Source: Amphiscolops sp. MND2022
Lineage: Eukaryota
DNA: 64,000 bases
Assembly (NCBI GenBank): GCA_964187785.1
Contig: OZ076415.1
Coordinates: forward strand, 60,760,001 to 60,824,000
Direction: 5' to 3'
The position numbers were made by a program, and so were the translations under genes. Below the pieces are notes generated by a model. The model saw only the letters and a list, made by a program, of their open reading frames with translations. It was not told where the DNA came from and searched no databases. This document shows, in pieces, positions 24,601 through 39,600 of the stretch. Within the stretch, counting starts at the first letter, position 1. The number at the start of each line of letters is the position of its first letter.

Positions 24601-27600
24601 ATACATCGACACCGCGTGTCACAGGGCCAACTGTGTTGCGAAACGATTGCATTTCGATTCCTCGGACAATTTGCAAACCATTAATGTCAGAGTGATGCCT
24701 CCAGGTGTATGTGGCTTTTAAACTTCCTAGAGTGGAACTCTTTCGTAGAGGCCGGTTATTTGTCAGCCGTATTACTGGAATAATACGTTTCGTATGCCGA
24801 ACTCAATTTCCGCAAAGTTCCACGCAGGAGCGACTGTCCATAAATCAATGGGTTCCACAATAGCTACATTAGGTACTATCTTGGGGCAGAAAGATAAGGA
24901 TTACCGACTCTGGAGTAAAGCTGAGCTGTATGTTCTTTTCAGTCGCGTACAGCGTCTTTGAAATATTCACCAGTTTCTTCCCATTATACTATGGATGCAA
25001 CTATCCGAGAAGTTTTGGGAAAAATCAGATGATCAATTATGATCAATTCCTGGAGGAAGTGCTTCGTTTCATTCAAAATGATGGTCTACTTAGGGTAACT
25101 ATCAATCAATTCAACATTTCGCCTCTTTTCCCACGTTGTTCCAAGGTTCCGACTTCCGCTGTTGGTTTTGTGTTCATTTTTAGGAGTTTAGAAATATCAC
25201 ATGTGAGAAACTGGACACAAAACCGCGATTAAGCAACACAAATCCGTTCAAGAGTCTGAAAGGACGAATAAATACAGTAATCGATATTGGGGATTGGCCC
25301 TCTTGAGCAACTTCAACAAGAATCTAAATTTACTATCTCGAAAGGCTGTTCCATTGAAGCTGCATCATGAAATGTAAAAAAAAAATCAATTAACAACCAA
25401 ACAATGGACTATGTCAAAAACATCGTGAATAGTAAGCACGAAAACAGTTGGAGTATCCATACTCTAAGAAATTCCAGTAAAGATTAAATTGTTCATTATA
25501 GACCCAGTGATTCGTCACGACCTCAGTCTCACCGTCGTTCTGTGTATGAAATAATCAATAATCTAAATCCAATAATTTAAGAACGGAGGTAAGATAATTC
25601 ATCTTTCATTCATCTTAAGAGACATGAATCAAGTCACTCATTCAACATCTACTTTCAACCCAAATTTGTGTTTGCATTTTCCCTGACAACAATCACTAGA
25701 GAGTCAACAAGTGAGTAAAATTGACATTTACACTTCAACGAGCCTTGTTAAACGGGGAGATTACATTTGACGTATTTTTTGAACGGTGGCTGTTTCTTCA
25801 CAGTGAACCGTGTTTTTTTCGAGTCGTTGCTTTGTCCATTCATAGTAACTTGAATAAAAATTTTTCATTACTTTGTTTTTTTGCACATATTTAATCGTGT
25901 AAATGGAAAATTTCAATCTGTATTGGCCACATACTGAGTTATCTCTTCAAGTGTTTCACAACTTGACATTCGACAGCTGTTAATATGTATATACTGAAAA
26001 ATTCAATGTGAACAGACTTTTGAATGCATTGGCATTTGATAGTCTGTTCCACTTTCGTACTGCAAAGTCAAGATCTGGACGGATTTCGGAAGAAAGTGTT
26101 ACCAAAAGCACTATTTTTATTTTTGGAATCTGATATTTTTAAGTTAATATTGTATACAAACGATATTTTTTTCCTGAAGGACTGTCAAAGTATTTTACCT
26201 GCTCTGAAGGGTCAACATTTTTTGTTAAGAGTACGTCTCACGGTATCTCATAATTTTGGAGCGAGTATCTTTTTGCTTTGGCAATCTAGGCTATGGATTT
26301 TCCTTGATAGTATTATGCGAACTCTAGATGAAATTCTGACTTCTTTGAACAGGAAGTGTGGGTCTTACTTGTTCCGAGGGAGGTAATGAAACAATAGCGA
26401 ATACGGAATACGTTTGACGTGTTTCATGTCAAAAAAGTTCTGGAGTTTTTGTTCTTGGCATCCTACAGTCGTCACATTGTAAGTTATTTTAAATCATATA
26501 TCATAACACATCAAGCTTAGATTGCATAGGATTATAAAAATAACTCCCAGTAGCTAAAACTAATCTATTTGTCTCGTCTAAAGAAGGTTTTGTCGCTTTT
26601 TGTTGTAAAATTTGTTTGCAATCTTACAACTGAAGTTTAATTTTCTTCTACAGAATCATCCGTTTCAGCGTTGCCCAGCATGGATGTAACAAAAGTTTGG
26701 CTCCAGTTCAGCAAAAGAAGGAAACAGCTCGAACGAAGTTGTGAAGATTTTGAATACTTCTTAGTTTAGAGCCCTCGCTGCATTATATTACAGATTGTCT
26801 AACAATTTTTGAATCTCATGACTGGTTTGGGTAACTTGAATTTAGTTACCGTTTTTGGAACGGAGTCGGAAATTAGGTGTTTTATAGGAAAAATGGTAAA
26901 TGGCATCTAACGTTATGTCAAAATTTTGGCAACTAACAGTAAAAATTTTTCAGGCGTCAAAATTTTCTTTTATTGGCCTTATAGTATCACTGTGAAACCA
27001 CTGTTTCTCCAGGATCGATGTTTGAGGAGTCTTCATCAGCGAAACGCCAGAAGAATCGTGTTGAGAACGTTTTTTATAATGTTTACCAGGTGGTGTAATT
27101 GTTGTTTTTCAATTTCGTTGATTTTGTGGATCGTAAGCAAAAATAATCAGGATTGTGATACTGCTGTTAGCAGTGCGGAATTTCGGCATGCCGTACATGA
27201 AGTCTTTCGCGCTAGTGTCGAAGAATGTGTGATTGAACGGTATCAGCATCAATGAGGGATGAATAAACCACCATATGAGGCTCCCCCAAAAAAGTTAAGT
27301 TTTCAATATATTATGAGGGTTTTCAAAAAAATGCTTTAAACGTTTGTAAGGGTCTCAAAAGATCAATTACAGTACAGCAGAAACTCAAATCGACCTGCAT
27401 CAGGTTGTATCACACGATTATTTGAGAAAGTTTCACGGAAAAAACCTTTGTGCGCGGGCGAACTGTTAAGCTTTTAGACAAAGTTCCAGCAATATCAGGG
27501 ACGTGGAGCTCTCGAGTAGAAATTCGGTAACTATAATCACTTGATATTGATTGGCGATGAGAGCTCGCGAATGTGCTGCGTTATCTCCAAATATGCAAGG

Positions 27601-30600
27601 GAGTCCAACGAGCTCTTTCAGGATTAAACTTTGAGCCTTTTGGTGGATGTATTGGAACCGCAATATTTGAAAACTTACTTGGGACAGGATGAAAACAACC
27701 CGATTTTAACAACTTCAAAGCCGCTGTGGAGTGTTCAAAATGAAGCTGAGAACCTACCAGCAATCGAGGTCCGAGAAGATCTGAACATTAGTGTGATGTT
27801 GCACTTTCCCATAAAAGGTGTGTTCCTTGTCATTTCTAGTGTTTACACAGTACAAGATAAAATTTTTGTTTCCCAGGAAAGCGACTCATCTTCGCCATTC
27901 CTCATCATTTTCACCCGCAATGGTTTTTTCGCGATCGTTTCGTCAAGTCCAGCGTCTGTGCATGTATAAATAAAGATGCAACAGAAAGCTAAGTTTTGAG
28001 CTGTATTTTGCTTCCAGAAAATGAGGACGACCCGCATGCAGAATGATACCCCATTTAAAGATTACGAGGTCTTCGTATGAGCACGTTTTTCCTCGGTAAT
28101 GAGGTTTTGGACCAGCCAGCGAGGGTTTTTTCTGAAGATGACATTCGTAACAGTGTCGAAGTCAAGATCATGTAAATGATAATGGCGGTTGGTATTTAGC
28201 TGGCTATCACAAATGCGGATCAAACAATCCGACTACGGCAGACAACAAAACTGTCAAAGAACGTACCAGGCTCCGGTTAAAAAAATGGATTTGCATGAAA
28301 TGCAGTACCATTTGGAACGAACTTCTTCAATTTAGAACTTCGAACAGAGTAATTTTGTTCGTTTGACGAACAGTGTTCATAGAAAACTGCATCTCTTCAA
28401 TGTTTTTTAAATGGCAACAAAACACGTTTGACGTGTTCGTCATTTTTGTTTTGGTTCCAAAAAGTTGTTTCTCTATTCAATTGACTCAGTTATATTTCAA
28501 AAATTAAACGTTTAATAGAAGTCTCCTTAAAAGGATTGTTCAATACAATTTCCGGAACTGGTATTTGCTTCCCGTCCCAAAGGATCAAATGATCTATTCT
28601 GGTGAATCATATTGATTCACTAAGCCAAGGCATATGGTAGGTAGTGTTGTTCTGTCGCAGTTTGCGTTCTAGACATTTGTTTTTGCTGTTTCATGAATGT
28701 TATAGTTATTTGAAAATTGACGGTCAGTGAAGTTACTTTCTCAAAGGCGTTTCTCTTTAATGAGAACATTTCACTTACTTCAAAAATATTTTGAAACGAT
28801 AACAAAGAAAATATCCTACGTTAGTCCATTAGGTAACCTGTGAAAAGATTTCGTTGCCTAAGTTCCGTTTCCATTCAGTTTGTACAGTTTGGTAAGTCTT
28901 CCGCTGAGTCCTGACAACAATTTCGATGCGCAAAATATAAAATAAGGATCCTTAAGGTAATTGTGATTGAAGAAACATATCTGATCAATGAAATAGCAAT
29001 AAAGTTTTTCAATCTATCGCGAAATGACATGTTAGAAATGACATTTCATGTCAACTTTATGAGTTGAAAATGTTGCATTTGTACATGAAAGCGTTTCAGT
29101 TTTATTGAAAAGTGTTATCAACGTTTTTCTTCAGGCATGTAGCTTTAAATATGCATCATCTGAAAATATTTTTAAAATATTTTACTTTTTTACACATACT
29201 GTACAGTAAAACATTCAAATTTACTCGCCAGTGCCATAGGCAATGACGAATTTAGGTTCATTAATTTCAACTGTAAATGAACACCCTCACTCCTTACGCA
29301 TGCCTTTCGACGACTCGTGCCAAATACAATCTACTGGCGCAACCACTTCACCCCCTAATCCGATAACAAGTAGAAGTTACAAGTTAGTAAGCAACAGCTT
29401 ATAAATCTGTCAGTTCGTTGGTCTTAAAAAAGTCACTACTATAGTCTGCTCTTTCTACGAAAGCACCGACTATTAACATTCACGAAACTACCTATTTTCC
29501 AACGAACAATTTTTCAGGCGTCAATATTTTCTCTTTTATTGGCCTTATAGTATCACTGTGAAACCACTGTTTCTCCAGGATCGATGTTTGAGGAGTCTTC
29601 ATCAGCGAAACGCCAGAAGAATCGTGTTGAGAACGTTTTTTATAATGTTTACCAGGTGGTGTAATTGTTGTTTTTCAATTTCGTTGATTTTGTGGATCGT
29701 AAGCAAAAATGTTCAGGATTGTGATACTGCTGTTAGCAGTGCGGAATTTCGGCATGCCGTACATGAAGTCTTTCGCGCTAATGTCGAAGAATGTGTGATT
29801 GAACGGTATCAGCATCAATGAGAGATGAATAAACCACCATATGAGGCTCCTCCAAAAAAAGATAAGTTTTCAATATAATATGACGGTTTTCATAATAAGT
29901 TGCTTTAAACGTTTGTAAGGGTCTCAAAAGATCAATTACAGTACAGCAGAAACTCAAATCGATCTGCATCAGGTTGTATCACACGATTATTTGAGAAAGT
30001 TTCACGGAAAAAACCTTTGTGCGCGGGCGAACTGTTGTTAAGCTTTTCGACAAAGTTCCAGCAATATATCAGGGACGTGGAGCTCTCGAGTAGAAATTCG
30101 GTAACTATGATCGCTTGATATTGATTGGCGATGAGAGCTCGCGAATGTGCTGCGTTATCTCCAAATATGCAAGGGAGTGCAACAAGCTCTTCAGGATTAA
30201 ACTTTGAGCCTTTTGGTGGATGTATTGGAACTGCAATATTTGAGAGCTTACTTGGGACAGGATGAAAACAACCCGATTGTAACAACTTCAAACCCGCTGT
30301 GAAGTGTTCAAAATGAAGCTGAGAACCTACCAGCAATCGAGGTCCGAGAAGATCTGAACATTAGTGTGATGTTGCACTTTCTCATAAAAGGTGTGTTCCT
30401 TGTCATTTCTAGTGTTTACACAGTACTCAGATAAAATTTTTTGTTTCCCAGGAAAGCGACTCATCTTCGCCATTCCTCATCATTTTCACCCGCAATGGTT
30501 TTTTCGCGATCGTTTCGTCAAGTCCAGCGTCTGTGCATGTATAAATAAAGATGCTACAGAAAGCTAGCTTTTGAGCTGTATTTTGCTTCCAGAAAATGAG

Positions 30601-33600
30601 GACGACCAGCATGCAAAATGACACCCCATTTAAAGATTACAAGGTCTTCGTATAAGCACGTTTTTCCTCGGTGGTGAGGTTTTGGACCAGCCAGCGAGTG
30701 TTTTTTTCTGAAGATGACATTCGTAATAGTATCGAAGTCAAGATCATGTGAATGATAATGGCTGTTGGTATTTAGCTGGCTATCACAAATGCGGATCAAA
30801 CAATCCGACTACGGCCGACAACAAGACTGTCAAAGAACGTACCAGGCTCCGGTTAAATAAATGGATTTTCATGAAATGCAGTACCATTTGGAACGAACTC
30901 CTTCAATTTAGAACTTCGAACAGAGTAAACTTGTTCGTTTGACGAACAGTGTTAATAGAAAACTGCATCTCTTCAATGTTCTTTAGATGTCAACAAAACA
31001 CGTTTGACGTGTTCGTCATTTTTGTTTTGGTTCCAAAAAGTTGTTTCTCTATTCAATTGACTCAGTTATTTGTCAAAAATTAAACGTTTAATAGAAGTCT
31101 CCTTAAAAGGATTGTTCAATACAATTTCCGGAACTGGTACTTGCTTCCCGTCCCAATGGATCAAATGATCTATTCTGGCGAATCATACTGATTCACTAAG
31201 CCAAGGCATATGGTAGGTAGTGTTTTTCTGTCGCAGTTTGCGTTCTAGACATTTGTTTTTGCTGTCATGAATGTTATAGTTATATGAAATTTGACGGTCA
31301 GTGAAGTTACTTTCTGAAAGGCGTTTCTCTTTAATGAGAACATTTCACTTACTTTCAAAATATTTTGAAACGATAACAATGAAAATATCCTAAAATAGTC
31401 CATTAGGTAACCTGTGAAAAGATTTCGTTGCCTAAGTTCCGTTTCCATTCAGTTTGTACAGTTTGGTAAGTCTTCCGGTGAGTCCTGACAACAATTTTGA
31501 TGCGCAAAATAAAAAATGATCCTTAAAGTAATTGTGATTGAAGAAACATATCTGATCAATCAAAGAGCACTAAAGTTTTTCAATCTATCGCGAAATACTC
31601 ATGTTAGAAATGACATTTCATGTCGACTTTATGAGTTGAAATTGTTGCAGTTGTACATGAGAGGGTTTCAGTTTTAATGAAGTGTTATCAACAATTTTCT
31701 TCAGGCATGTAGCTTTAAATATGCATCATCTAAAAATATTTTTAAAATATTTTACTTTTTTACACATACTGTACAGTAAAACATTCAAATTTACTCGCCA
31801 GTGCCATAGGCAATGACGAATTTAAGTTCATTAATTTCAACTGTAAATGAACACCCTCACTCCTTAGGCATGCCTTTCGACGACTCGTGCCAATACAATC
31901 TACTGGTGCAACCACTTCACCCCCTAATCCGATAAGTAAAAGTTACAAGTTAGTAAGCAACAGCTTATAAATCTGTCAGTTCGTTGGTCTTAAAAAAGTC
32001 ACTACGAAAGCGCCGACTATTAACATTCACGAAACTACCTATTTTCCAACGAACAATTTTTCAGGCGTCAATATTTTCTCTTTTATTGGCCTTATAGTAT
32101 CACTGTGAAACCACTGTTTCTCCAGGATCGATGTTTGAGGAGTCTTCATCAGCGAAACGCCAGAAGAATCGTGTTGAGAACGTTTTTATAATGTTTACCA
32201 GGTGGTGTAATTGTTGTTTTTCAATTTCGTTGATTTTGTGGATCGTAAGCAAAAATGTTCAGGATTGTGATACTGCTGTTAGCAGTGCGGAATTTCGGCA
32301 TGCCGTACATGAAGTCTTTCGCGCTAATGTCGAAGAATGTGTGATTGTTAAGTTAATAAGAAATCTGTCAGTCGTTGGTCTTAAAAAATCGCGACCATAG
32401 TCTGCTCTTTCTACGAAAGCGCCGACTAATAACATTCACGAAACTCTACCTATTTTCCAACGAACAATGAAGTGCGAACTAAGACTGGGAACTGAAATGT
32501 ATCTCGTTTGCACTCTTAAGACGACTCGGACTGACCTGTCTTCGTTTCTTCTCAATGCGCTCCTCGCAGATTCGATCGCAAGGTATTCTGGGCGTGTGGG
32601 GCACGTTCTTGCACAAGATGTCCTGCTTGATGCGGCCACAGCCACAGCGCACAGTGGCCCTCTTGGTGCACTCCTCTGCAGCCAGACACTTGCCGGGCGG
32701 GTGACAAGCCAGAGGACACGCGTGGCCACAGTCCATCTGCAGGGGGCACGGGTGACTCCCGTTCAGCAGCTGCTGACGCTCTTCCTCATTGGCATCCGTC
32801 CATACGCTGAAATGTGCCAAACTCCCATGACGTAATATGCGCACATTATTGTGATTAAGAGATAGTCTCCTATAACGTTCCCAGCAATTGAAATTGTTTA
32901 TTTGCTATTTCAATTTTATTTCGCTCATCAGGTGAAATTTATCTAAATTGAAGAAATTTTACCATTTGGGCCTAATATTTTAAAAATGGTTGATCATTTG
33001 AAAACTGTGGATAAAGCAGTCAAAAATTGGTAATACGACAAAAAGGTCCAATTTTGCTCAAAATCAGCTCTTTGTAACATTCTCAATTTTTGTCACCGAA
33101 ATTTTGAAAAATACTGATGTAAACTAGATGAAATTCTAAGACACGTTTACTCAAGTTTTTCAAAATTTTCAACCGATTTCGAGAAAATCGAGCCTGAGAT
33201 CGCCCGGGGATGATTTCTTAATCATACTACTGTATTTTGCACAAAAGTCCTAAATTTTCGAGATCAAAGATGGCTTAATTTTCCAAACATGTCTTTTGGC
33301 TCCTAGGAGGATTATGGTTAAAGTTAAAGCAAGTAATCTTCATTACTAGATACATACATAGCGTCTTTACAGTATCTTTTGTTTCCGCAGAAAATCAATT
33401 TTCCAAGCAACATAAAATGCAGTAGTAGCCAGATCAAACATCACACGAATCACAGTCGAGTCTTTTCAGCCCACAAGTGCCATATACACGCGATGTGCAG
33501 TAGGGGGGCTACTTACTAGCAGTGTATCAGAAGAGTGAGGTGTCCACAGAGACACTTCTTGGAGACCTTGACGTTGCAGGGGGGACAGGGCGCCAGATGG

Positions 33601-36600
33601 CAGGGTAAGCAGCAGAAGTGGTTGCAGCCCAGAGGTCTCTCCAGCTCACAGCCCCTCTCACACACGTCACAGTCTGCACCTGCCTGTTAACACGTCACAA
33701 TACATCTTCACCAAATATTACATGGAGAGGCATTGAAAACTCATTTCCCCAATATTTGTCATAGAAGTTTCAAATAAACACGAATGTGAACTAGATTGAT
33801 TTCCGAGAAATTTTTATCAAAGGCATTTCTCTTGAATATCAATAGTTTCCGAGATATGGGCAGAGAAAAGAGGTGTTCCAAACATTACTATCAATTAGGG
33901 GTTCCATTCTTTTATCACAGGACTGTTCATCATCTGGGGCAGGCACATACTACCAAACTGCCACAAAATAACTTTGAATCCCATTTCGTGACATTTAACG
34001 ATAGCGTTCAAATTTTTTTGTCTGTAAAGTATCCATCAAAATAGGAACTCCTGGAAAAATCGAATTATACATTTGATTCGGTATATTTGTTTTCTAAACA
34101 GAGATAGAAAAGTCGCCTTATATCACAAAATTAAACCCACTTTGAAAAAGTTCAATAAAACAAGGAGAATTCCAAATTATTGGAATCTTTAACAATAAAA
34201 CAAGAAGTATTCCAATATATTGGAATCTTTGTTTTTGGACATTCTGCAAATTAATAAGAGCCCTATATGAGTTCTTATTGACAATAACTACGGAAGATTT
34301 GTAACATATTGGCTTAAAAAGTATTAAACGTAAAACTGCCCTTGCTTTAGAAATGAAATGCTTTAAAAATTGATGAAATTTCACAAAACTTTTCAATTTT
34401 TGGTACCACTCCTCCTGAACGTATTATATCACTACTAAGACATATTAAACCCTTGGATATAAAAACTAGCTTCATCTTGTTGAAAACTAGCATTGAAAAG
34501 CGGATTTGTCAAAAGATCGGAAGACGCGACGTGATGAGTTTCATTAATCTATTATTATCTTAGTTAGCCCTGAAAACAAATGTTCAGCATTAGAATTTAT
34601 TTGGAAGATTAGTGTGTGATTGCAGGAGCCCCGGGTTATAACCCTTTGTGTATAAGTTCATTGAATGGGTTGACTTGAATGAGAAACGTTCGATCTTTAC
34701 AAAATGGTTTTACAGAATTGTTTTTAGTTTAGAATTACAAGCTGAAATGGTACATTGGAATCGATTTTCTCAAATCCAACAAATTCAATCTGTACCACAA
34801 GCAAACAAGAACCCAACCCCGTATAATGAGGAACTTCAATCAACTTAGAAGATCATCTCATTCAAAAGTCATTATTAGTTTCAAAATATGATATCAAGCG
34901 TTAAAAGACAATAACAGAAAAACATGGGAAACTTACAGTTCTTGAAACCTGAAATTGAAGTCTGAGTTAGTGAAAGAATGACAAGAACTGAAGAACAATA
35001 GGTAACTTATTTTATTGTGCTTACTGGCCTCATGAAGTGAAAGCTCACTAAAAAAGACTAATCTGGTAATCTCTGGTATAGACGATGACGTAAATTGAAA
35101 GAAACGTTAAATGCTCAAAAACTCTATTGCAGACTGATAGTCTCGAAAATAATGCGAAGTTCCCAATGAGTGGAGAGAAACCTCTTCAAAACTTTACAAG
35201 TAGTTCCATTAATTGTAAGACTTTTATAGACTGAAGTTTCGTTAAGTAGTTTTTATCTCAAGAAGTACAAAAACCAATAAGAACGACTCTTATTTTTCAA
35301 CTAGTAGCAATTAGCAGTAGAAAAGATCTCTAACCGTGGACTCGTCGGGCGCAGTGTGGACTACGTGACATATACGTTCACAAGTGTGATTTCCGCATGA
35401 GAGTTGTCTACCACAAGGTACTCCACACGAGTAGGGCTTTCCCTTTGCGCACTGGATGTTGATCGTCTCGTGCTGACCGAAGCAAGAGATCTCCACCTGA
35501 GTTCGACAGGGGGGACATGGCTGCTCCACTTGCTTGAACTGTACACTCTCGTTATTCAGCAATGTCTGAAAGAGCAGACGTCATCAGAGAAATGTACATT
35601 TGAATTGAAAAACTTGGTCTCAAACTGAAATAAGAAAAAAGCGACTTTAAATTCTGCTTGAAAATCAGAGTCAACATGCCAAAGTTGACATACACTGCGC
35701 GAAACGGATGCCAACGAGCAGATGAAAACTGACAGGGAAGACAAAGAATAGGTTGAATGTCAGAACTTCGGTAATGGGCAAGAAAGGATACCAATCAATT
35801 GAATGACAATGTGAAACTGAAGTCAACAAAAAGAACTTCTCAGAACGGTTGTAATCATTGACTGAAGGAGACACAAGGGTTCACCCATTGCTGGGAGGTG
35901 ACTCGAAACAGCCTCGTTCAAACGTAAGCATCACTTGAAAAACAGGCAACAGAGGACACCAACCAAAGAACAGACATTGCGAAACTAACGAAAGGAAACA
36001 AGAACTCAGAACTGTGGTGATCATTGACTAAAGGAGACACCAGGGTTCACCCATTGCCGGGAGGGGACTCGAAACAGCCCCCTTCAAACGTAAGCATCAC
36101 TTGAATAACAGGCAACAGAGGACACCAATCAATGAACAGACATTGCGAAACTAACGAAAGTAAACAAGAACTCCTCAGAACAGTTTTAATCATTGACTGA
36201 AAGAGACACCAGGGTTCACCCATTGCTGGGAGGTGACTCGAAACAGCCTCGTTCAAACGTAAGCATCACTTGAATAACAGTCAACAGAGGACACCAACCA
36301 AAGCGACATTGCGAAACTAACGAAAGTCAACAAGAAGAACTCCTCAGAACAGTTTCAATTAATGACTGAAAGACACACCAGGGTTCAACCATTGCTGGGA
36401 GGTGACTCGAAACAGCCTCGTTCAAACGTAAGCATCACTTGATTAACAGGAAACAGAGGACACCATTCAATGACCATTGCGAAATTAACGAAAGTAAACA
36501 AAAAGAACTTCTCAGAACGGTTGTAATCATTGACTGAAGGAGACACCAGGGTTCACCCATTGCTGGGAGGTGACTCGAAACAGCCTCATTCAAACGTAAG

Positions 36601-39600
36601 CATCACTTGAACAACAGGCAACAGAGGACACCAATCAAAGAACAGACATCGCGAAACTAACGAAAGTAAACAACAACTCCTCAGAACTGTTGTAATCATT
36701 GACTAAAGGAGACACCAGGGTTCACCCATTGCCGGGAGGGGACTCGAAACAGCCTCGTTCAAACGTAAGCATCACTTGAACAACAGGCAACAGAGGACAC
36801 CAACCAAAGAAGAGACATTGCGAAACTAACGAAAGTAAACAAAAATTCCTCAGAACTGTTGTAATCATTGACTGAAGGAGACACCAGGGTTCAACCATTG
36901 CTGGGAGGTGACTCGAAACAGCCTCGTTCAAACGTAAGCATCACTTGATTAACAGGAAACAGAGGACACCATTCAATGACCATTGCGAAATTAACGAAAG
37001 TAAACAAAAAGAACTTCTCAGAACGGTTGTAATCATTGACTGAAGGAGACACCAGGGTTCACCCATTGCTGGGAGGTGACTCGAAACAGCCTCATTCAAA
37101 CGTAAGCATCACTTGAACAACAGGCAACAGAGGACACCAATCAAAGAACAGACATCGCGAAACTAACGAAAGTAAACAACAACTCCTCAGAACTGTTGTA
37201 ATCATTGACTAAAGGAGACACCAGGGTTCACCCATTGCCGGGAGGGGACTCGAAACAGCCTCGTTCAAACGTAAGCATCACTTGAACAACAGGCAACAGA
37301 GGACACCAACCAAAGAAGAGACATTGCGAAACTAACGAAAGTAAACAAAAATTCCTCAGAACTGTTGTAATCATTGACTGAAGGAGACACCAGGGTTCAC
37401 CCATTGCTGGGAGGTGACTCGAAACAGCCTCGTTCAAACGTAAGCATCACTTGATTAACAGAAAACAGAGGACACCAATCGATGACCATTGCGAAATTAA
37501 CGAAAGTAAACAAAAAGAACTTCTCAGAAGGGTTGTACTCATTGACTGAAGGAGACACCAGGGTTCACCCATTGCTGGGAGGTGACTCGAAACAGCCTCG
37601 TTCAAACGTAAGCATCACTTGAAAAACAGGCAATAGAGGACACAAACCAAAGAGAGACATTGCGAAACTAACGAAAGTAAACAAGAAGAACTCCTCAGAA
37701 CAGTTTCAATCATTGACTGAAAGACACACCAGGCTTCACCCATTGCTGGGAGGTGACTTGAAACAGCCTCGTTCAAACGTAAGCATTACTTGATTAACAG
37801 AAAACAGAGGACACCAATCGATGACCATTGCGAAATTAACGAAAGTAAACAAAAAGAACTTCTCAGAAGGGTTGTACTCATTGACTGAAGGAGACACCAG
37901 GGTTCACCCATTGCTGGGAGGTGACTCGAAACAGCCTCGTTCAAACGTAAGCATCACGAACAACAGGCAACAGAGGACACCAACCAAAGAACAGACATTG
38001 CGAAACTAACGAAAGTAAACAAGAACTCCTCAGAACTGTTGTAATCATTGACTGAAAGAAACACCAGGGTTCACCCATTGCTGGGAGGTGACTCGAAACA
38101 CCCTCGTTCAAACGTAAGCATTACTTGATTAACAGGAAACAGAGGACACCAATCGATGACCATTGCGAAATTAACGGAAGTAAACAAAAAGAGCTTCTCA
38201 GAACGGTTGTAATCATTGACTGAAAGAGACACCAGGGTTCACCCATTTCTGGGAGGTGACTCGAAACAGCCTCGTTCAAAAGTAAGCATCACTTGATTAA
38301 CAGGAAACAGAGGACACCAATCAATGACCATTGCGAAATTAACGAAAGTAAACAAAGAGAACTTCTCAGAACGGTTGTAATCATTGACTGAAGGACACAC
38401 CAGGGTTCACCCATTGCTGGGAGGTGACTCGAAACAGCCTCGTTTAAACGTAAGCATCACTTGAATAACAGGCAACAGAGGACACCAACCAAAGAAGAGA
38501 CATTGCGAAACTAACGAAAGTCAACAAAAATTCCTCAGAACTGTTGTAATCATTGACTGAAGGAGACACCAGGGTTCACCCATTGCTGGGAGGTGACTCG
38601 AAACAGCCTCGTTCAAACGTAAGCATCACTTGATTAACAGGAAACAGAGGACATCAATCATTGACCTTTGCGAAAATAACGAAAGTAAACAAAGAGAACT
38701 TCTCAGAACGGTTGTAATCATTGACTGAAAGACACACCAGGGTTCACCCATTGCTGGGAGGTGACTCGAAACAGCCTCGTTCAAACGTAAGCATCACTTG
38801 ATTAACAGGAAACAGAGGACACCAATCGATGACCATTGCGAAACTAACGAAAGTAAACAAGAAGAACTCCTCAGAACAGTTTCAATCATTGACTGAAAGA
38901 CACACCAGGCTTCACCCATTGCTGGGAGGTGACTTGAAACAGCCTCGTTCAAACGTAAGCATCACTTGATTAACAGAAAACAGAGGACACCAATCGATGA
39001 CCATTGCGAAATTAACGAAAGTAAACAAAAAGAACTTCTCAGAAGGGTTGTACTCATTGACTGAAGGAGACACCAGGGTTCACCCATTGCTGGGAGGTGA
39101 CTCGAAAGAGCCTCGTTCAAACGTAAGCATCACGAACAACAGGCAACAGAGGACACCAACCAAAGAACAGACATTGCGAAACTAACGAAAGTAAACAAGA
39201 ACTCCTCAGAACTGTTGTAATCATTGACTGAAAGACACACCAGGGTTCACCCATTGCTGGGAGGTGACTCGAAACACCCTCGTTCAAACGTAAGCATTAC
39301 TTGATTAACAGGAAACAGAGGACACCAATCGATGACCATTGCGAAATTAACGGAAGTAAACAAAAAGAACTCCTCAGAACAGTTTCAATCATTGACTGAA
39401 AGACACACCAGGCTTCACCCATTGCTGGGAGGTGACTTGAAACAGCCTCGTTCAAACGTAAGCATCACTTGATTAACAGAAAACAGAGGACACCAATCGA
39501 TGACCATTGCGAAATTAACGAAAGTAAACAAAAAGAACTTCTCAGAAGGGTTGTACTCATTGACTGAAGGAGACACCAGGGTTCACCCATTGCTGGGAGG

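Noticed and set aside
34531-34575. Intronic C/D-box snoRNA (GTGATGA...CTGA)
   Set aside because: The boxes are only ~40 nt apart with no terminal stem; expected by chance
32807-35334. TIR/TSD signatures in the other NFXL1 introns (1-3, 6-11)
   Set aside because: Ends were checked by eye and no convincing inverted repeats or duplications were found
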